Source: an uncultured delta proteobacterium
GTDB lineage: Bacteria; Desulfobacterota; Binatia; UBA9968
Direction: 5' to 3'
Assembly (NCBI GenBank): GCA_963840855.1
Contig: CAWJBB010000026.1
Location: forward strand, 1 to 39,326
DNA length: 39,326 nucleotides
The notes beneath the pieces were generated by a model, which was not told the DNA's origin, did no database searches, and saw nothing but the letters and a program-made list of their open reading frames with translations. The translations under genes were made by a program, and so were the position numbers. Of the stretch, positions 25,530 to 35,961 are shown piece by piece. Each line of letters starts with the position of its first letter. Position 1 is the stretch's first letter.

Positions 25530-26594
25530 TCAGGATGAATGCAACGCGGGAAGAACTTCTTGCAAAAAAATGCGAAATTGCTCATTCAAATCGTCACCGA
25601 TCGGGCGAATGGCGACGTGGTCGACCCCTGCATCGATAAATCCTCGCAGGGAGTCGACGCAATGTTCCACCGGGCCGCAGGCGGTCCAGATTTCCACACC
25701 CGGCCGGGTGAAGTCCTTTTGATAGTACGCGTCGAGAAAAGCTTTGGCTTGGCGAAACGCCTGCTCCCGATCGCGGTTCACGGAAACGCCGTAGTACAAA
25801 ACGGTCTTGAATTTGTTCGGGTCTCGCCCCTCTTGGACCAGCATATTCCGCAATCGACTGAGGTAGTGTTGAAACATTGCGAGCTCGATCTGATTGGTCA
25901 TCCAACCGTCGGCGTAGCGGGCGATGCGCCGTAAGGAGCGCTCCACGCCGCGGTCACCGATCTGAGTGGGTCGAGGCGTGCCGGCGATGTAGATCGGGCA
26001 AGGCTGTTGTGTGGGTTTGGGCAAGAGACTCACGTCATCAAAGGTGTAGTACTTGCCGTGGAAGCTCGCATGTTCATCGGACCAAAGAACCTTGAGGGCT
26101 TGAATCATTTCTTCCAATCGCGCCGGCCGCTCTTTGCTTTCCACGCCCATCACTGCGAGTTCCTTGGCCGCCATCGGGTGTTGGCTTGCCGGATACCCCA
26201 TGCAGGCCGCCAGCCATGTGCGTCCACCCGATAGCACGTCGAGACTCGCCCACTGTAGGGCAAGCAACAGCGGATTGCGCTGGGCGATGGTGGCCATGCA
26301 CGCCACGCCGAGTTTCACGCGCGAAGTACGCGCGGCGATGGCGCCCAATAACGGAATGCATTCCAAACGAGGCTTGCTGAGGATGCTGTCGCCGACCCAC
26401 ACCGCGTCGATGGCGCCGCTGTTCTCGGCTTCGACGGCCATGTCGATAAGTTCCTTTGGCGGCGTTCCCCGCGTAACCAGCGCGCGATTGGACAAGGTGA
26501 GGCCGAAAGATGTTTTTTTCTCTGACACGCCGTGAGCATAGGACGAGGCCGCGCCATCTTTCAAGCGCAGGGAATCATCTTGCGTGAAGGTCAT
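25530..26594 (-). CDS. LLM class flavin-dependent oxidoreductase
   Basis: D.VWVGDS, GAIAART.RVKLG, SLDVLSGGR, F.GKYY and RIARYADGW. Confidence 0.9.
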   Translation of the reverse strand: MTFTQDDSLRLKDGAASSYAHGVSEKKTSFGLTLSNRALVTRGTPPKELIDMAVEAENSGAIDAVWVGDSILSKPRLECIPLLGAIAARTSRVKLGVACMATIAQRNPLLLALQWASLDVLSGGRTWLAACMGYPASQHPMAAKELAVMGVESKERPARLEEMIQALKVLWSDEHASFHGKYYTFDDVSLLPKPTQQPCPIYIAGTPRPTQIGDRGVERSLRRIARYADGWMTNQIELAMFQHYLSRLRNMLVQEGRDPNKFKTVLYYGVSVNRDREQAFRQAKAFLDAYYQKDFTRPGVEIWTACGPVEHCVDSLRGFIDAGVDHVAIRPIGDDLNEQFRIFLQEVLPALHSS

Positions 26595-29500
26595 GAGTGT
26601 TCAATTAGAGACCCGATCTTTTCAACAAGGTCATCGACCAAATATGGTTTGTAAATGCAGTCCTTCACGCCGGCCTGGAAGAGTTCTGATTTCACTTGCG
26701 GCTCTAGATAACCGGTTGTGATGATAATCCTTATCCCCGGGTTTTGCTCCTTCAGCTCATGAATCACGTCAAAGCCGGTAATTTTGGGCAAGCCGAGATC
26801 AAGCACCACGATATCAATCTCTTCTTTATGATGGTGATAAAGATCTATCGCTTCTTCGCCGTCCATAGCAGTCAGGGTTTGGTAGCCCGCTTTCGACAAG
26901 ACCTCTCTCAAAAGGCGAACCAGCGCCTCTTCGTCTTCGACCACGAGAACGGTTCCTCGACCACTAGCGTATTTTCGACTGGCGCCTTCCCTTTTCACTA
27001 TCTCATCAACCGACGATTTTCCTTCCGCCCGAAGCACCGGCAAATAGAGCCGAAACGTGGTGCCGCGTCCAGGCTTACTTTCCACATCGATGAAACCATT
27101 ATGCTCTTTGACGATGCCGTAGACGATTGCGAGTCCCAGCCCCGTCCCTTCACCGATTCCTTTAGTAGTGAAGAACGGCTCAAAAATCCGCTCCCGGACT
27201 TCTTCTTTCATTCCCATCCCGGTATCGCTGATCACAATTGAGACATACGACTCCGTGCCGGCTTCGAGGCGGTGCTCCCGCGCTTTGTTTTCGTCGATCC
27301 TTTCCGTTCTGATTGTGAGTTTCCCGCCTGCCAGCATGGCGTCGCGCGCATTGACGCAAATATTGAGTAGCGCTTGGCTCAATTGATTTGAATCTGCCAT
27401 TACCGGCGGCAGCCCAGGGTCAAGATCCAATGCGACGTCAATAATTTTGGGAAACGATTGTTTGATCAGTTCGCTGATCGTCAAAACGAAGTCGTTGGCA
27501 TCGATGGGAGCTAACTGCGCTTTCGTCCTGCGCGCCACGGTCAAAAGTTGCCGCACCATGGACGCGCCCCGTTTGACTTGTTGGTCGATGGTTTTCAAAC
27601 TTTTGTCAATCTCCTGCTCGGTTAACAGTTCCTCGCCGATGAGGTTAGCGTAACCTTGGATAATATTGAGAATATTGTTGAACTCATGCGCGATGCCGCC
27701 GGCCAGCGTCCCGATGCTTTCCATTTTTTGCGCGTGGCGGAGCTGCTCTTCGAGTTTTTTTTGCTCCTCGATGGTTCTTAATAGAGCCGCGTTGGCTTGA
27801 TTGAGATCGGCCGTGCGTTCCTGAACTCGCCTTTCAAGCTCTTCGTTGGCTTTGACTAAATCGTTTTTTGCTTGACGCACGAGTTCGTCCGCCAGTTTGC
27901 GCTCCGTAATGTCGCGCACGATGCCCGTGAATATTCGCCCATCGCCGAAGCGCGTTTCGCTTACCGCCAAGTCAAGCGGAAAAGTTGCGCCGTTCTTGCG
28001 CCGGCCTTGGACTTCCCGGCCGATGCCAATGATTTTTCTCTGTCCCGTGCGCAGATAGTTGCCGATATACGAATCGTGATCGCGCTGGTAAGGGTCGGGC
28101 ATGAGCATTCGGACATTTTTGCCGAGCACCTCGGCGGCAGGGTAACCAAAGATGCGCTCGGCGGCCGGATTGACTGTGCCTATCGTCCCGCGCTCGTCGA
28201 TCGTAATAATCCCATCCACCGCGGTTTCGACCACCGCTCGCAGCCGTTCCTCGCTAAGAAGCAAGAGATCTTCAGTCTGCTTTCGCTCCATAAACTGGCC
28301 GAGCTGGCCGCCGATATCGCTGACCATTTGCAGGAAATCAGTGTCCGGCTGCCGGACCTCGCGACTGAAGCATTCGATGACACCCAGGGCCTTACCCCCC
28401 AGTTTGATCGGGAAGCCAAAGGCGCTATGTAGCCCCTCTTCAATCGCCGCTGGCGCGCGTCTGAAGCTGCTGTCCTCCGTTACATCAGGGATCCAGACTG
28501 CCTGACCGGTGCTCCAGACCCGGCCTGACAAACCCGTTCCGCCAATGAACCTGCCTTCTTTTGTGACGGCCTCAAATCGCGGCGCATGGACGGACGGCAT
28601 ATGCCATACCTCGACATGACGCAATTCATTGCTAGCTGGATCTATGTGCCAAACGGCGCCCAAATCCCATCCGGCCCGTTGGCAGAGCACTTGCACTACT
28701 TTGGAGGCAGCCTCTTTCAGCGCTGGAGACTCTGCCAAGATGCGGCTCACCGCATCTTGAACCTCCAGACGCCGCTCGCCCCGCCTACCCTCGGAGATGA
28801 CTGAGGCGAGCACCAACGCCGCAACGGCGATGGTGCCCATAAACGACTGCAGGTGCAGCAGAGATTGATGAGGGTCTGCATGAGCAAACGGACCAACGCC
28901 ATTTAGCGCGCCGACCAACGCGATCCCAGACATGATAAACGCTGAAGTCACGGCGCCGCGCTGATCGAATCGGAACGCCGCCCACAATAGCGGCAGGACC
29001 ATCATGTACTCCGAGCTGAAAGGCGCGTCCAGCACAAACATAAGGTAGGTAACGAAGATCAGAAATAGCAGCAAACCTGCGGCCTCTACGACCCGGTCAG
29101 CTTTGAATTGGGGATAAGGCCCCGTCATCCAAATCAGCAGGAGAGGGGCGACGATCAAAGCGCCAACCGCGTCGCCCAGCAACCAGGTGAACCAGATAGT
29201 TAGATACTGATCCCATTGAGCGAAGCCACCCAAGGTCAAGCTGGTAAGTCCAATGGTCGCGCTCACGGCCGTGCTCAAAATCGGAGCGAGCAAGACGAAC
29301 TTGAAACAACTTCTGGCTCGTTCAAAGGCCTTTGCGCCGTTGGCATAGCGATTGATTACCCAAGCGCCGAGGAGTGCTTCCAGCGTGTTGCCGGCCGCGA
29401 TGCCGAACGCGGTTGCCACGGATCCCGGCGTGGTGATGTTTACCAGGAAAGCCCCGAGAAGGATTCCGGGCCAAAATCTATATCCCCAGAGGAGAAGGGC

Positions 29501-29641
29501 CGCCAACGCTATTCCGGTCGGGGGCCAAACCGCGGATGCGCTCGCGTGTACATAGGCCAAGGAAAGCCCGAGCCTGCCGGCGCAGTAATAAATAGCTGCA
29601 AGCGCCAAAATCGCTGCCAAACTCCGCAAGCCTGATCGCAT
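26591..29641 (-). CDS. Hybrid sensor histidine kinase: MASE1-GAF-PAS(FixL-like)-HisKA-HATPase-REC
   Basis: WPPTGIA (MASE1), GAF, MP..Y..DHDSYI..Y..TG..KIIGIGR (PAS), [23 protein letters not shown], and VEDE...DLGLP receiver. Confidence 0.92.
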   Translation of the reverse strand: MRSGLRSLAAILALAAIYYCAGRLGLSLAYVHASASAVWPPTGIALAALLLWGYRFWPGILLGAFLVNITTPGSVATAFGIAAGNTLEALLGAWVINRYANGAKAFERARSCFKFVLLAPILSTAVSATIGLTSLTLGGFAQWDQYLTIWFTWLLGDAVGALIVAPLLLIWMTGPYPQFKADRVVEAAGLLLFLIFVTYLMFVLDAPFSSEYMMVLPLLWAAFRFDQRGAVTSAFIMSGIALVGALNGVGPFAHADPHQSLLHLQSFMGTIAVAALVLASVISEGRRGERRLEVQDAVSRILAESPALKEAASKVVQVLCQRAGWDLGAVWHIDPASNELRHVEVWHMPSVHAPRFEAVTKEGRFIGGTGLSGRVWSTGQAVWIPDVTEDSSFRRAPAAIEEGLHSAFGFPIKLGGKALGVIECFSREVRQPDTDFLQMVSDIGGQLGQFMERKQTEDLLLLSEERLRAVVETAVDGIITIDERGTIGTVNPAAERIFGYPAAEVLGKNVRMLMPDPYQRDHDSYIGNYLRTGQRKIIGIGREVQGRRKNGATFPLDLAVSETRFGDGRIFTGIVRDITERKLADELVRQAKNDLVKANEELERRVQERTADLNQANAALLRTIEEQKKLEEQLRHAQKMESIGTLAGGIAHEFNNILNIIQGYANLIGEELLTEQEIDKSLKTIDQQVKRGASMVRQLLTVARRTKAQLAPIDANDFVLTISELIKQSFPKIIDVALDLDPGLPPVMADSNQLSQALLNICVNARDAMLAGGKLTIRTERIDENKAREHRLEAGTESYVSIVISDTGMGMKEEVRERIFEPFFTTKGIGEGTGLGLAIVYGIVKEHNGFIDVESKPGRGTTFRLYLPVLRAEGKSSVDEIVKREGASRKYASGRGTVLVVEDEEALVRLLREVLSKAGYQTLTAMDGEEAIDLYHHHKEEIDIVVLDLGLPKITGFDVIHELKEQNPGIRIIITTGYLEPQVKSELFQAGVKDCIYKPYLVDDLVEKIGSLIEHS

Positions 29642-30034
29642 ATATAAGTCTTTACCCGTTCCCCGAAGGAATTTTTGTAGAGGCTTAGATCGAAAGACGA
29701 ACACCGAATTGAATACAGGACCGTCAACTCAGTTTCGGTTCTGCACGTTGATTGAGCCTTCAACTAAGTTGTAAACGGCAAGCTATAAATGCTAGCTCCC
29801 ATTTTTCCATATTTCAATCTAATTCACCGAACGTTGAACATGTAAACCATTTGAACTACGCTGAACGTTCAGGTTGACATCACGCTTCATTATCGCTTAC
29901 GCTTCCGTCGCACTGATCGACCCCGTACCAGACCAGTCTCAACGGTAGCGGCGCTTGCCTCAAGAACAGCTTTGGCACGGTTTGAAGAGGATCTCATACT
30001 CGCACGCCAATTCCCCCAACGAAGGAGGGTAAGT

Positions 30035-31810
30035 ATGATTCATATATTTTTCCTCGTAACGACCGTTGTTCTCAGCGTGCTTACACAGCGCTCCTTCGCG
30101 CAGCTCAGCGATTTTAGACCGGTTACGCGGGAGATGCTCTTGAGCCCTAGTCCCGGCGACTGGCTCATGCTCAATCGCACCTACGACGAGCAGCGCTTCA
30201 GTCCGCTCAATCAGATCAACAAGAAAAACGTCGGCCAGCTACGGATGGCATGGTCGCGCGGCATGCCAGCGGGCTCGCAGGAATCGGTGCCCGTCGTCTA
30301 CCGAGGCGTCATGTATCTCGTCAGCCCCGGAGGCGGCGTTCATGCGCTCAACGCCACGAACGGCGATATGCTCTGGGACTACCGGCGCGTTTTTCCTAAA
30401 GACATGATCGACTTTATCGGCGCGCCCACAAGAGCAAGGTCCAAAGGGCTCGCGATCTTTGAAGATCTTATCTTCTATGATTCCCCGGATGGTTTTTTGG
30501 TAGCCCTGGAGGCGCAAACGGGTAAGCTTCGCTGGGAGACCAAGGTTCACGACTACAAAACCAAGACGCAACATACCTCAGCGCCCATCGTCGCCGACGG
30601 TAAGGTTATCACGAGCCGGACCTGTGTAACGCGCGAGGGCTGCTTCATCTCCGCACATGACGCGCGTACGGGAAAGGAAGTCTGGAAGTTTTATAATACC
30701 GCTGCGCCCGGCGAGCCGGGAGGCGACTCTTGGGGAAACGTGGAGGTTGAGAAGAGGGTGGCGAGCGCCTGGGGACTGCCAGGCTCCTACGATCCCGCGC
30801 GCAAGTTGATCTACTGGGGTATCTCCAATCCCAAGCCGTACACGCGATTGACCCGTCATGGCAGCGCGGACGGCACCTCTCGGTCCGCTCCGGCCGATCT
30901 TTACAGCAACTCCACCGTGGCGCTCGACGTCGAGAGCGGAAAGCTGGCTTGGTACTATCAGTATCTGCCGGGCGACGATTGGGACCTCGATCACACCCAC
31001 GAGAGAACACTGCTGCGCGCGCGCTTCAATCCCGATCCCGCGGCGGTGAAATGGATCAACCCCAAGATTCCCCGCGGCCAAGAGCGCGACGTTGTCGTTG
31101 CGGTCGGCGAGGCCGGAGGCATATGGGTGCTCGACCGCGCCACAGGCGAGTTTCTCTGGGCCATGCCGTTTCCCCTCGATGTCCCTGAATTTCATATTTC
31201 GCACATCGACGTCGAGACCGGCAAAACTCACATTAATTGGAACTCGGTGATGAAGAAGGACGGTGACAAAATCCTGGTTTGCTTTCACAACACTCGAAGT
31301 TACTGGTCCACGGCGTACTACCCCGGAAAAAATTCTCTTTACATTCCTTACCACGACACCTGCCTCGATATGACCGCGAACACCAGTAAACCGGAGGGCT
31401 GGGGACCGCGAGGCGCCGTTACCCGTCCCGGTTCCGATCCGAAGAACGCATACCTGACGATCGCCAAGGTGAACTTGACCACGGGCAAAATCCAGCGGAT
31501 TCACAAACAACGCGTCCCGGGGAACGGCTCGGTACTGGCCACGGCGGGAGAGTTGATTTTTTGGGGAGACATGGACCGCAGGTTCCGCGCGTTCGATGCC
31601 GATACCGGTAAGATTTTATGGGAAACCGTGCTTGGAGGGATGATTCAGACCAGCACCATTAGCTATGCGGTCAACGGAAGACAGTATGTTGCGGTGCTGA
31701 CGGGAGATGGCCAGTCGGGCACAGGGGGGCCGCTCCGGTTGGTCGACGAACTGAAGCCGCCGCGCGGCCACAATGCTGTCTATGTTTTTGCTTTGCCGGA
31801 AAGGCGATAA
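30035..31810 (+). CDS. PQQ-binding beta-propeller dehydrogenase, divergent
   Basis: Signal peptide, W....RTY..QRFSPL.QIN..NV..L, tryptophan-docking repeats (TG...W), DWDLD and Y.VNGRQYVAV. ATG 30035 follows GGAGG. Confidence 0.88.
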   Translation: MIHIFFLVTTVVLSVLTQRSFAQLSDFRPVTREMLLSPSPGDWLMLNRTYDEQRFSPLNQINKKNVGQLRMAWSRGMPAGSQESVPVVYRGVMYLVSPGGGVHALNATNGDMLWDYRRVFPKDMIDFIGAPTRARSKGLAIFEDLIFYDSPDGFLVALEAQTGKLRWETKVHDYKTKTQHTSAPIVADGKVITSRTCVTREGCFISAHDARTGKEVWKFYNTAAPGEPGGDSWGNVEVEKRVASAWGLPGSYDPARKLIYWGISNPKPYTRLTRHGSADGTSRSAPADLYSNSTVALDVESGKLAWYYQYLPGDDWDLDHTHERTLLRARFNPDPAAVKWINPKIPRGQERDVVVAVGEAGGIWVLDRATGEFLWAMPFPLDVPEFHISHIDVETGKTHINWNSVMKKDGDKILVCFHNTRSYWSTAYYPGKNSLYIPYHDTCLDMTANTSKPEGWGPRGAVTRPGSDPKNAYLTIAKVNLTTGKIQRIHKQRVPGNGSVLATAGELIFWGDMDRRFRAFDADTGKILWETVLGGMIQTSTISYAVNGRQYVAVLTGDGQSGTGGPLRLVDELKPPRGHNAVYVFALPERR

Positions 31811-31894
31811 AGAGCGCGGTCCGAGCTGAGCTAAGGCATTAAAGGGGATCAGGGCCAGAATCTGGACTCTAGCGATACATGACCCTTCGATTGC

Positions 31895-32929
31895 CTACGG
31901 CTGAACTCCTTTTTTCAGCGATTCGGCGAGCTCGCGCAAATATTCTTCCTGTTCCTTTCCCTGGTATAACGCGAGGGAGCCGTCGTTTTTCAGCGGGATG
32001 CCGCCGAAGAAGTGGAAGGCGTGACCGTCCCAGTCGTAGAACTCATCGCCGCGTTGATAGATCTCCTTCCACTTGTAGCCGACGGGACTGCGGTGCAGAC
32101 CCGTGCGGGCGGGAAACGCGTCTTCTTTCTCCCGGGAATCATTTAGATGTTCCTTCGGACCTGCTTCTTCGGGAAGTCCTTCCCACATGCGCCGGTAGCT
32201 GGGTAAAAACTCTTCCTCGCGAACCAACAGCGCCGTGTGCATGTCCCACCAAGGGCTGTGTCCGGCAATACGCTCATCGATCTGATCGACTAACTTATAG
32301 ACGAGCCGGGCACCTGCGCGCAGGCGCAGGACCAGTGTCCCCTCGGCAGTCTTGGAATCATGCTCGACATGCATACCGCAATATTTTTCGAAGAAGGCCG
32401 CGGTTCTCGCGAGGTCGCGGGAGCCATAAACTCCATGACTGATACGGCCGACTTTTTCCTCGGTGCAGATCTCCATGGCGCCTTCCGGCATATGCACCGG
32501 CGCCCAGAACTCATATTGGTTGCCGTCCGGATCGGCGAAATAGATAACCGTCCCTTCGTCGCCTTCGGCGGCTGTTTTCACCGGGTCCGTGTGCGGGATC
32601 TTGTGTCGATCTAGCCTGCGCAGGTGGGCGTCGATGTCCTCGGGCCGGATGTAATATCCGCATCGCGGCAGATCCTTGCCCAGCGCTTTTGCCGGCGGGT
32701 AAACCTCGGGCTGAAGGAACGCGCCGATGCGGCACGATCCGCCCTCCCACCACATAAAGCAAAAGATCGGAACGTTCCTTTTCCGTCCCGCAGTGGTAAG
32801 GCCGTTGATCGGCCTTAGAGGAAGGCCTGTGGCTTTATTCGCCCAGTCAGCCCAGGCAACCAAGTCGTTCGTTCCGACCACGTAATGATCGATCCAATGA
32901 ACTGCCCCACGGGGTTCAACGTTTGTCAT
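31895..32929 (-). CDS. Two-domain VOC (glyoxalase/extradiol dioxygenase fold) protein
   Basis: IDHYV, YFADPDGNQYEF, ISHG...SRDL....FF and FYDWDGH. Confidence 0.78.
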   Translation of the reverse strand: MTNVEPRGAVHWIDHYVVGTNDLVAWADWANKATGLPLRPINGLTTAGRKRNVPIFCFMWWEGGSCRIGAFLQPEVYPPAKALGKDLPRCGYYIRPEDIDAHLRRLDRHKIPHTDPVKTAAEGDEGTVIYFADPDGNQYEFWAPVHMPEGAMEICTEEKVGRISHGVYGSRDLARTAAFFEKYCGMHVEHDSKTAEGTLVLRLRAGARLVYKLVDQIDERIAGHSPWWDMHTALLVREEEFLPSYRRMWEGLPEEAGPKEHLNDSREKEDAFPARTGLHRSPVGYKWKEIYQRGDEFYDWDGHAFHFFGGIPLKNDGSLALYQGKEQEEYLRELAESLKKGVQP

Positions 32930-33100
32930 GAGTAATCCTCCGCTACCGAATTTTCGAATCGTTCAAAGTCTACCGTCACCTTTCTGTCGTTCACTTCATA
33001 CATCTACCACCTGCGAGTTGACAAGCTTCATCTGATTGAGCGCAAAATCGCGGAATGAGGTAACCCACAGTTCACGTAGTGCATCTCTCCCCCTGCCTTC

Positions 33101-34237
33101 CTAGTCCATTTCGAAGCCGTAGAGTTTTGCGGTATTCTCCCAGAGAATTTTTTGCCTGTCCTCTGCGGCGACACCCTGGAAATCCTTGGCGATCTTTTCC
33201 TGCGAGTGGGGCCAGAAAGTCGCGCTGTGCGGGAAGTCAGACGACCACAAGATATTGTCCACGCCGATGGCGTGCCGATGGTTAACGCCGAAGAGATCGT
33301 CGATGAAAGTGGCGTAGAGCTGGCGCCGGAAATATTCGCTTGGCTTGAGCGTCAGTTTGGTGGAAAAAGGCGTGCCGCGAAAGCGTATTCCAGTCGCGTC
33401 GAAACGTTCGTCGATGCGGAACAGAAAGAAGGGGAGCCAGCCGCAATTCAATTCCGCCGAGACCACCTTGAGACCGGAAAATCGTTCCAGAACACCGGAG
33501 AGAATCAACGTGGCAAAGGTTCTCTCAACCTCATGGGAATTGATGGCCTGCGCCACCGTGCGTTTTTTTGAGTTGGAGTCCCAATCGACCCATTGAAAGC
33601 CGGCGAATTCGTGGAGGCTGAGAGGCATCGCAAGCTCCTGGGCCGCCGCCCAAAAGGGATCATAGACTTCCGAGAAAAATGGCAGTTCTTCCGGCGGCGA
33701 GGCCCACACGACTGCTCCCGCCAAACCCTTCTTGCGGCATTCCACTAAATCTTCCGCGGCTTGTTTGGGATCATAGAGGGAGACAAGGCCCAAGCCTTTG
33801 AGCCGCTTGGGCGAATAGGTGCAGAACTCGGCGAGCCAATCGTTGTACACCTGGAAACAGGCTCTTTGAAAGCCCGCATCCCTGATCCAGAACATGCGAA
33901 AACCTAGCGTGGTGTAGAGCACGTCGCCCGCCACGCCATCCTGGTCCATGTCCAGGATCCTTTGGGCCGGGTCCCATCCGCCACGATGAGCGCCGGCGTA
34001 GGAAAAGCTGTTCAAGAGCTGATTTAGCTCTTCGATGGTCTTGTTGGCGCCGAAGCCCAGTATCACGTTGTGTGGTTGACGGTCCTGTTCGATAAGCCAC
34101 CAGGCGCCCGGCCGACCCTCATACTCGGTCATCATGCGCGGGGCTATATCGCGGTACTTTACCGGCAAGCGCTCTTGCCACAGGTTCAACGGCTCGCTGA
34201 CATGCGAGTCCGCATCCAACAACCTATACTCCGCCAT
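33101..34237 (-). CDS. Amidohydrolase family protein (Amidohydro_2)
   Basis: DADSHV.EP, DMDQDGV, YNDWLAEFC, GVLERF..LK and WSSDFPH. Confidence 0.9.
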   Translation of the reverse strand: MAEYRLLDADSHVSEPLNLWQERLPVKYRDIAPRMMTEYEGRPGAWWLIEQDRQPHNVILGFGANKTIEELNQLLNSFSYAGAHRGGWDPAQRILDMDQDGVAGDVLYTTLGFRMFWIRDAGFQRACFQVYNDWLAEFCTYSPKRLKGLGLVSLYDPKQAAEDLVECRKKGLAGAVVWASPPEELPFFSEVYDPFWAAAQELAMPLSLHEFAGFQWVDWDSNSKKRTVAQAINSHEVERTFATLILSGVLERFSGLKVVSAELNCGWLPFFLFRIDERFDATGIRFRGTPFSTKLTLKPSEYFRRQLYATFIDDLFGVNHRHAIGVDNILWSSDFPHSATFWPHSQEKIAKDFQGVAAEDRQKILWENTAKLYGFEMD

Positions 34238-34509
34238 ATTTCGCTCCTTTCGAATGCACACAGCAGGCTGCGCTATTGAACGGAATTTTCTCAATCATTG
34301 CAATCCCCCCTCCGTTCGTCCTGAGCCCGTCGAAGGACCCCGAGGGAGTTTTTCAGCAGGCTGTTAGAGTCTCGAGGCTCGGCACAACTCGGGACCCGAG
34401 ACTCAAGACCGCGTCAGCGCTTCAACCATTTTTTAGTGCCATAGGGTGCGAGATGTCAATCCATTAAACGAAGCCACTTCGCGGGCGGGGTTTACATAGA
34501 ACAAAGGTC

Positions 34510-34624
34510 GGTTGTGGTTCAGTCTCCGAAATTTGTAAGGCCCCCGTGCCTGCCCGAATCAGGGCGACCACAGGGGGTCGCCCCTACATTGATACGTCGG
34601 TTAAAATCAAACTGAACCATTACC
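34510..34624. mobile_element. MITE carrying a GTAG-type REP hairpin
   Basis: IRs GGTTGTGGTTCAGT / ACTGAACCATTACC (12/14). Flanking direct repeat CAAAGGTC. Internal AGGGCGACC ACAGG GGGTCGCCCCTAC. Confidence 0.65.
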
Positions 34625-34698
34625 CAAAGGTCGGTTGTTTTGACAGCTTCACGGATGCGGTGCTACCGTGCAATCGGCGCCTGGTAGGCGCCGATGCG

Positions 34699-34777
34699 GT
34701 TCCAATCGTTCCAGCCGTTCCAGTGGTTCCAAACGATTTAGAATTCCGACGGCTTGAACGGCTTGAACGATTTGAAC
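34699..34777. repeat. Nonamer-tandem palindromic repeat (GTTCCANNN)n...(NNNTTGAAC)n
   Basis: GTTCCAATC GTTCCAGCC GTTCCAGTG GTTCCAAAC ... GGCTTGAAC GGCTTGAAC GATTTGAAC. Confidence 0.8.
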
Positions 34778-34791
34778 AATACTTTTAGCGT

Positions 34792-35772
34792 ATGAGCCGT
34801 TGTTTAAGAATCGCCATATTTGCTATCTGGCACTTGGGACTTTTACAAGTTTCCTGTGTCGCGGAGACGCTTCGAGTCGGTTTCCCGTCACTTGCCACAG
34901 GCTTTGCGCCTTCATGGGTGACAGCCGATAAGGGGATCTGGAAAAAACATAATCTAGATGTCGATCTTATCTTCCTGCGCGGCGGTTCACGGACCGTCTC
35001 GGCACTCATCGGCGGCAGCGTCGATTTCATCCTCGGATCGGACCTTGGCGTCACCACCGCGATTGTCCAAGGCGCAAGTATTGCGCGCGTCGGCGTCACG
35101 ACGAATACCCTCGGCTACTCGATGGTCACGCAGCCGAACATAAAAAGCGTGCGCGATTTGAAAGGCAAGATCATCGGCATAACTCCCGGCCGCGACGCCG
35201 CATACGCGCGGGTGGCTAAACTCTTGCGCGATAACGGCATGGACGCCAATAAAGACGTGACGTATCTCGCCGTGGGTGACGGCGGGCCGGCGGCCCGAGT
35301 GGCGGCGCTCTCCAGCGGCATTATTCACGCGACCATGTTTACGCCGCCCTCGGACATGATCTCGGAAAAAGCCGGCATGAGGATTCTGGTGAAAATCGAC
35401 GTCGCCAACGTCGGCGGCGGTTTGAACACCACCCCGGCACTCGTGCAGAAAAAGCGGCCACAGGCGTTGCGTTTTTTACGCGGCTACATGGAAGGGATTC
35501 AATATTTGAAAACGCATATGGATGAAAGCCTGAAAATTTTTTCCAAATACGTGCGCAATCCCGATCTCGGCGTGATGGCTTACCTTTACGAGGAAATCTC
35601 AACCCGGGTCGAAGGCGGGCTTCGCCCTCAAGGGGAAGCGGTGCGCGCGCTGTTGGACCTCGCGGCGCTTGATTTACCCCAGGCGAAGAAGCTCAGCGAA
35701 AAGGACCACTGGGACTTGAGCCTGATCGACGAGATTCAAAGGTCCGGTTTTCTCGACCAGCTTGGCAAATAG
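34792..35772 (+). CDS. ABC transporter substrate-binding protein (NMT1/SsuA-like)
   Basis: Signal peptide, ALIGGSVDF and DLKGKIIGIT. Confidence 0.87.
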   Translation: MSRCLRIAIFAIWHLGLLQVSCVAETLRVGFPSLATGFAPSWVTADKGIWKKHNLDVDLIFLRGGSRTVSALIGGSVDFILGSDLGVTTAIVQGASIARVGVTTNTLGYSMVTQPNIKSVRDLKGKIIGITPGRDAAYARVAKLLRDNGMDANKDVTYLAVGDGGPAARVAALSSGIIHATMFTPPSDMISEKAGMRILVKIDVANVGGGLNTTPALVQKKRPQALRFLRGYMEGIQYLKTHMDESLKIFSKYVRNPDLGVMAYLYEEISTRVEGGLRPQGEAVRALLDLAALDLPQAKKLSEKDHWDLSLIDEIQRSGFLDQLGK

Positions 35773-35773
35773 C

Positions 35774-35795
35774 TTCGCCGCCTTCCGGCGGCGAA
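35774..35795 (+). terminator. GC-rich hairpin immediately after SBP stop
   Basis: TTCGCCGCC-TTCC-GGCGGCGAA, with no clear U-tract. Confidence 0.4.
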
Positions 35796-35797
35796 CC

Positions 35798-35955
35798 GTT
35801 CAAAGTTCAACGTTCAAGGTTCAAAGTCCACACCTCCCAACCTCAGGACCTGGTGAGACCGCCGAACGACGATACCTTGAACCGCGCCGAAGGCGCCACG
35901 TTGAACCTTGAACTTTAAACGTTGAACAGGCGAAGCCCTTGAACCTTGAATTGAA
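35798..35955. repeat. Heptamer-tandem palindromic repeat, expanded
   Basis: (GTTCAAN)x4 followed by several TTGAAC runs. Confidence 0.85.
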
Positions 35956-35961
35956 AGCTCC

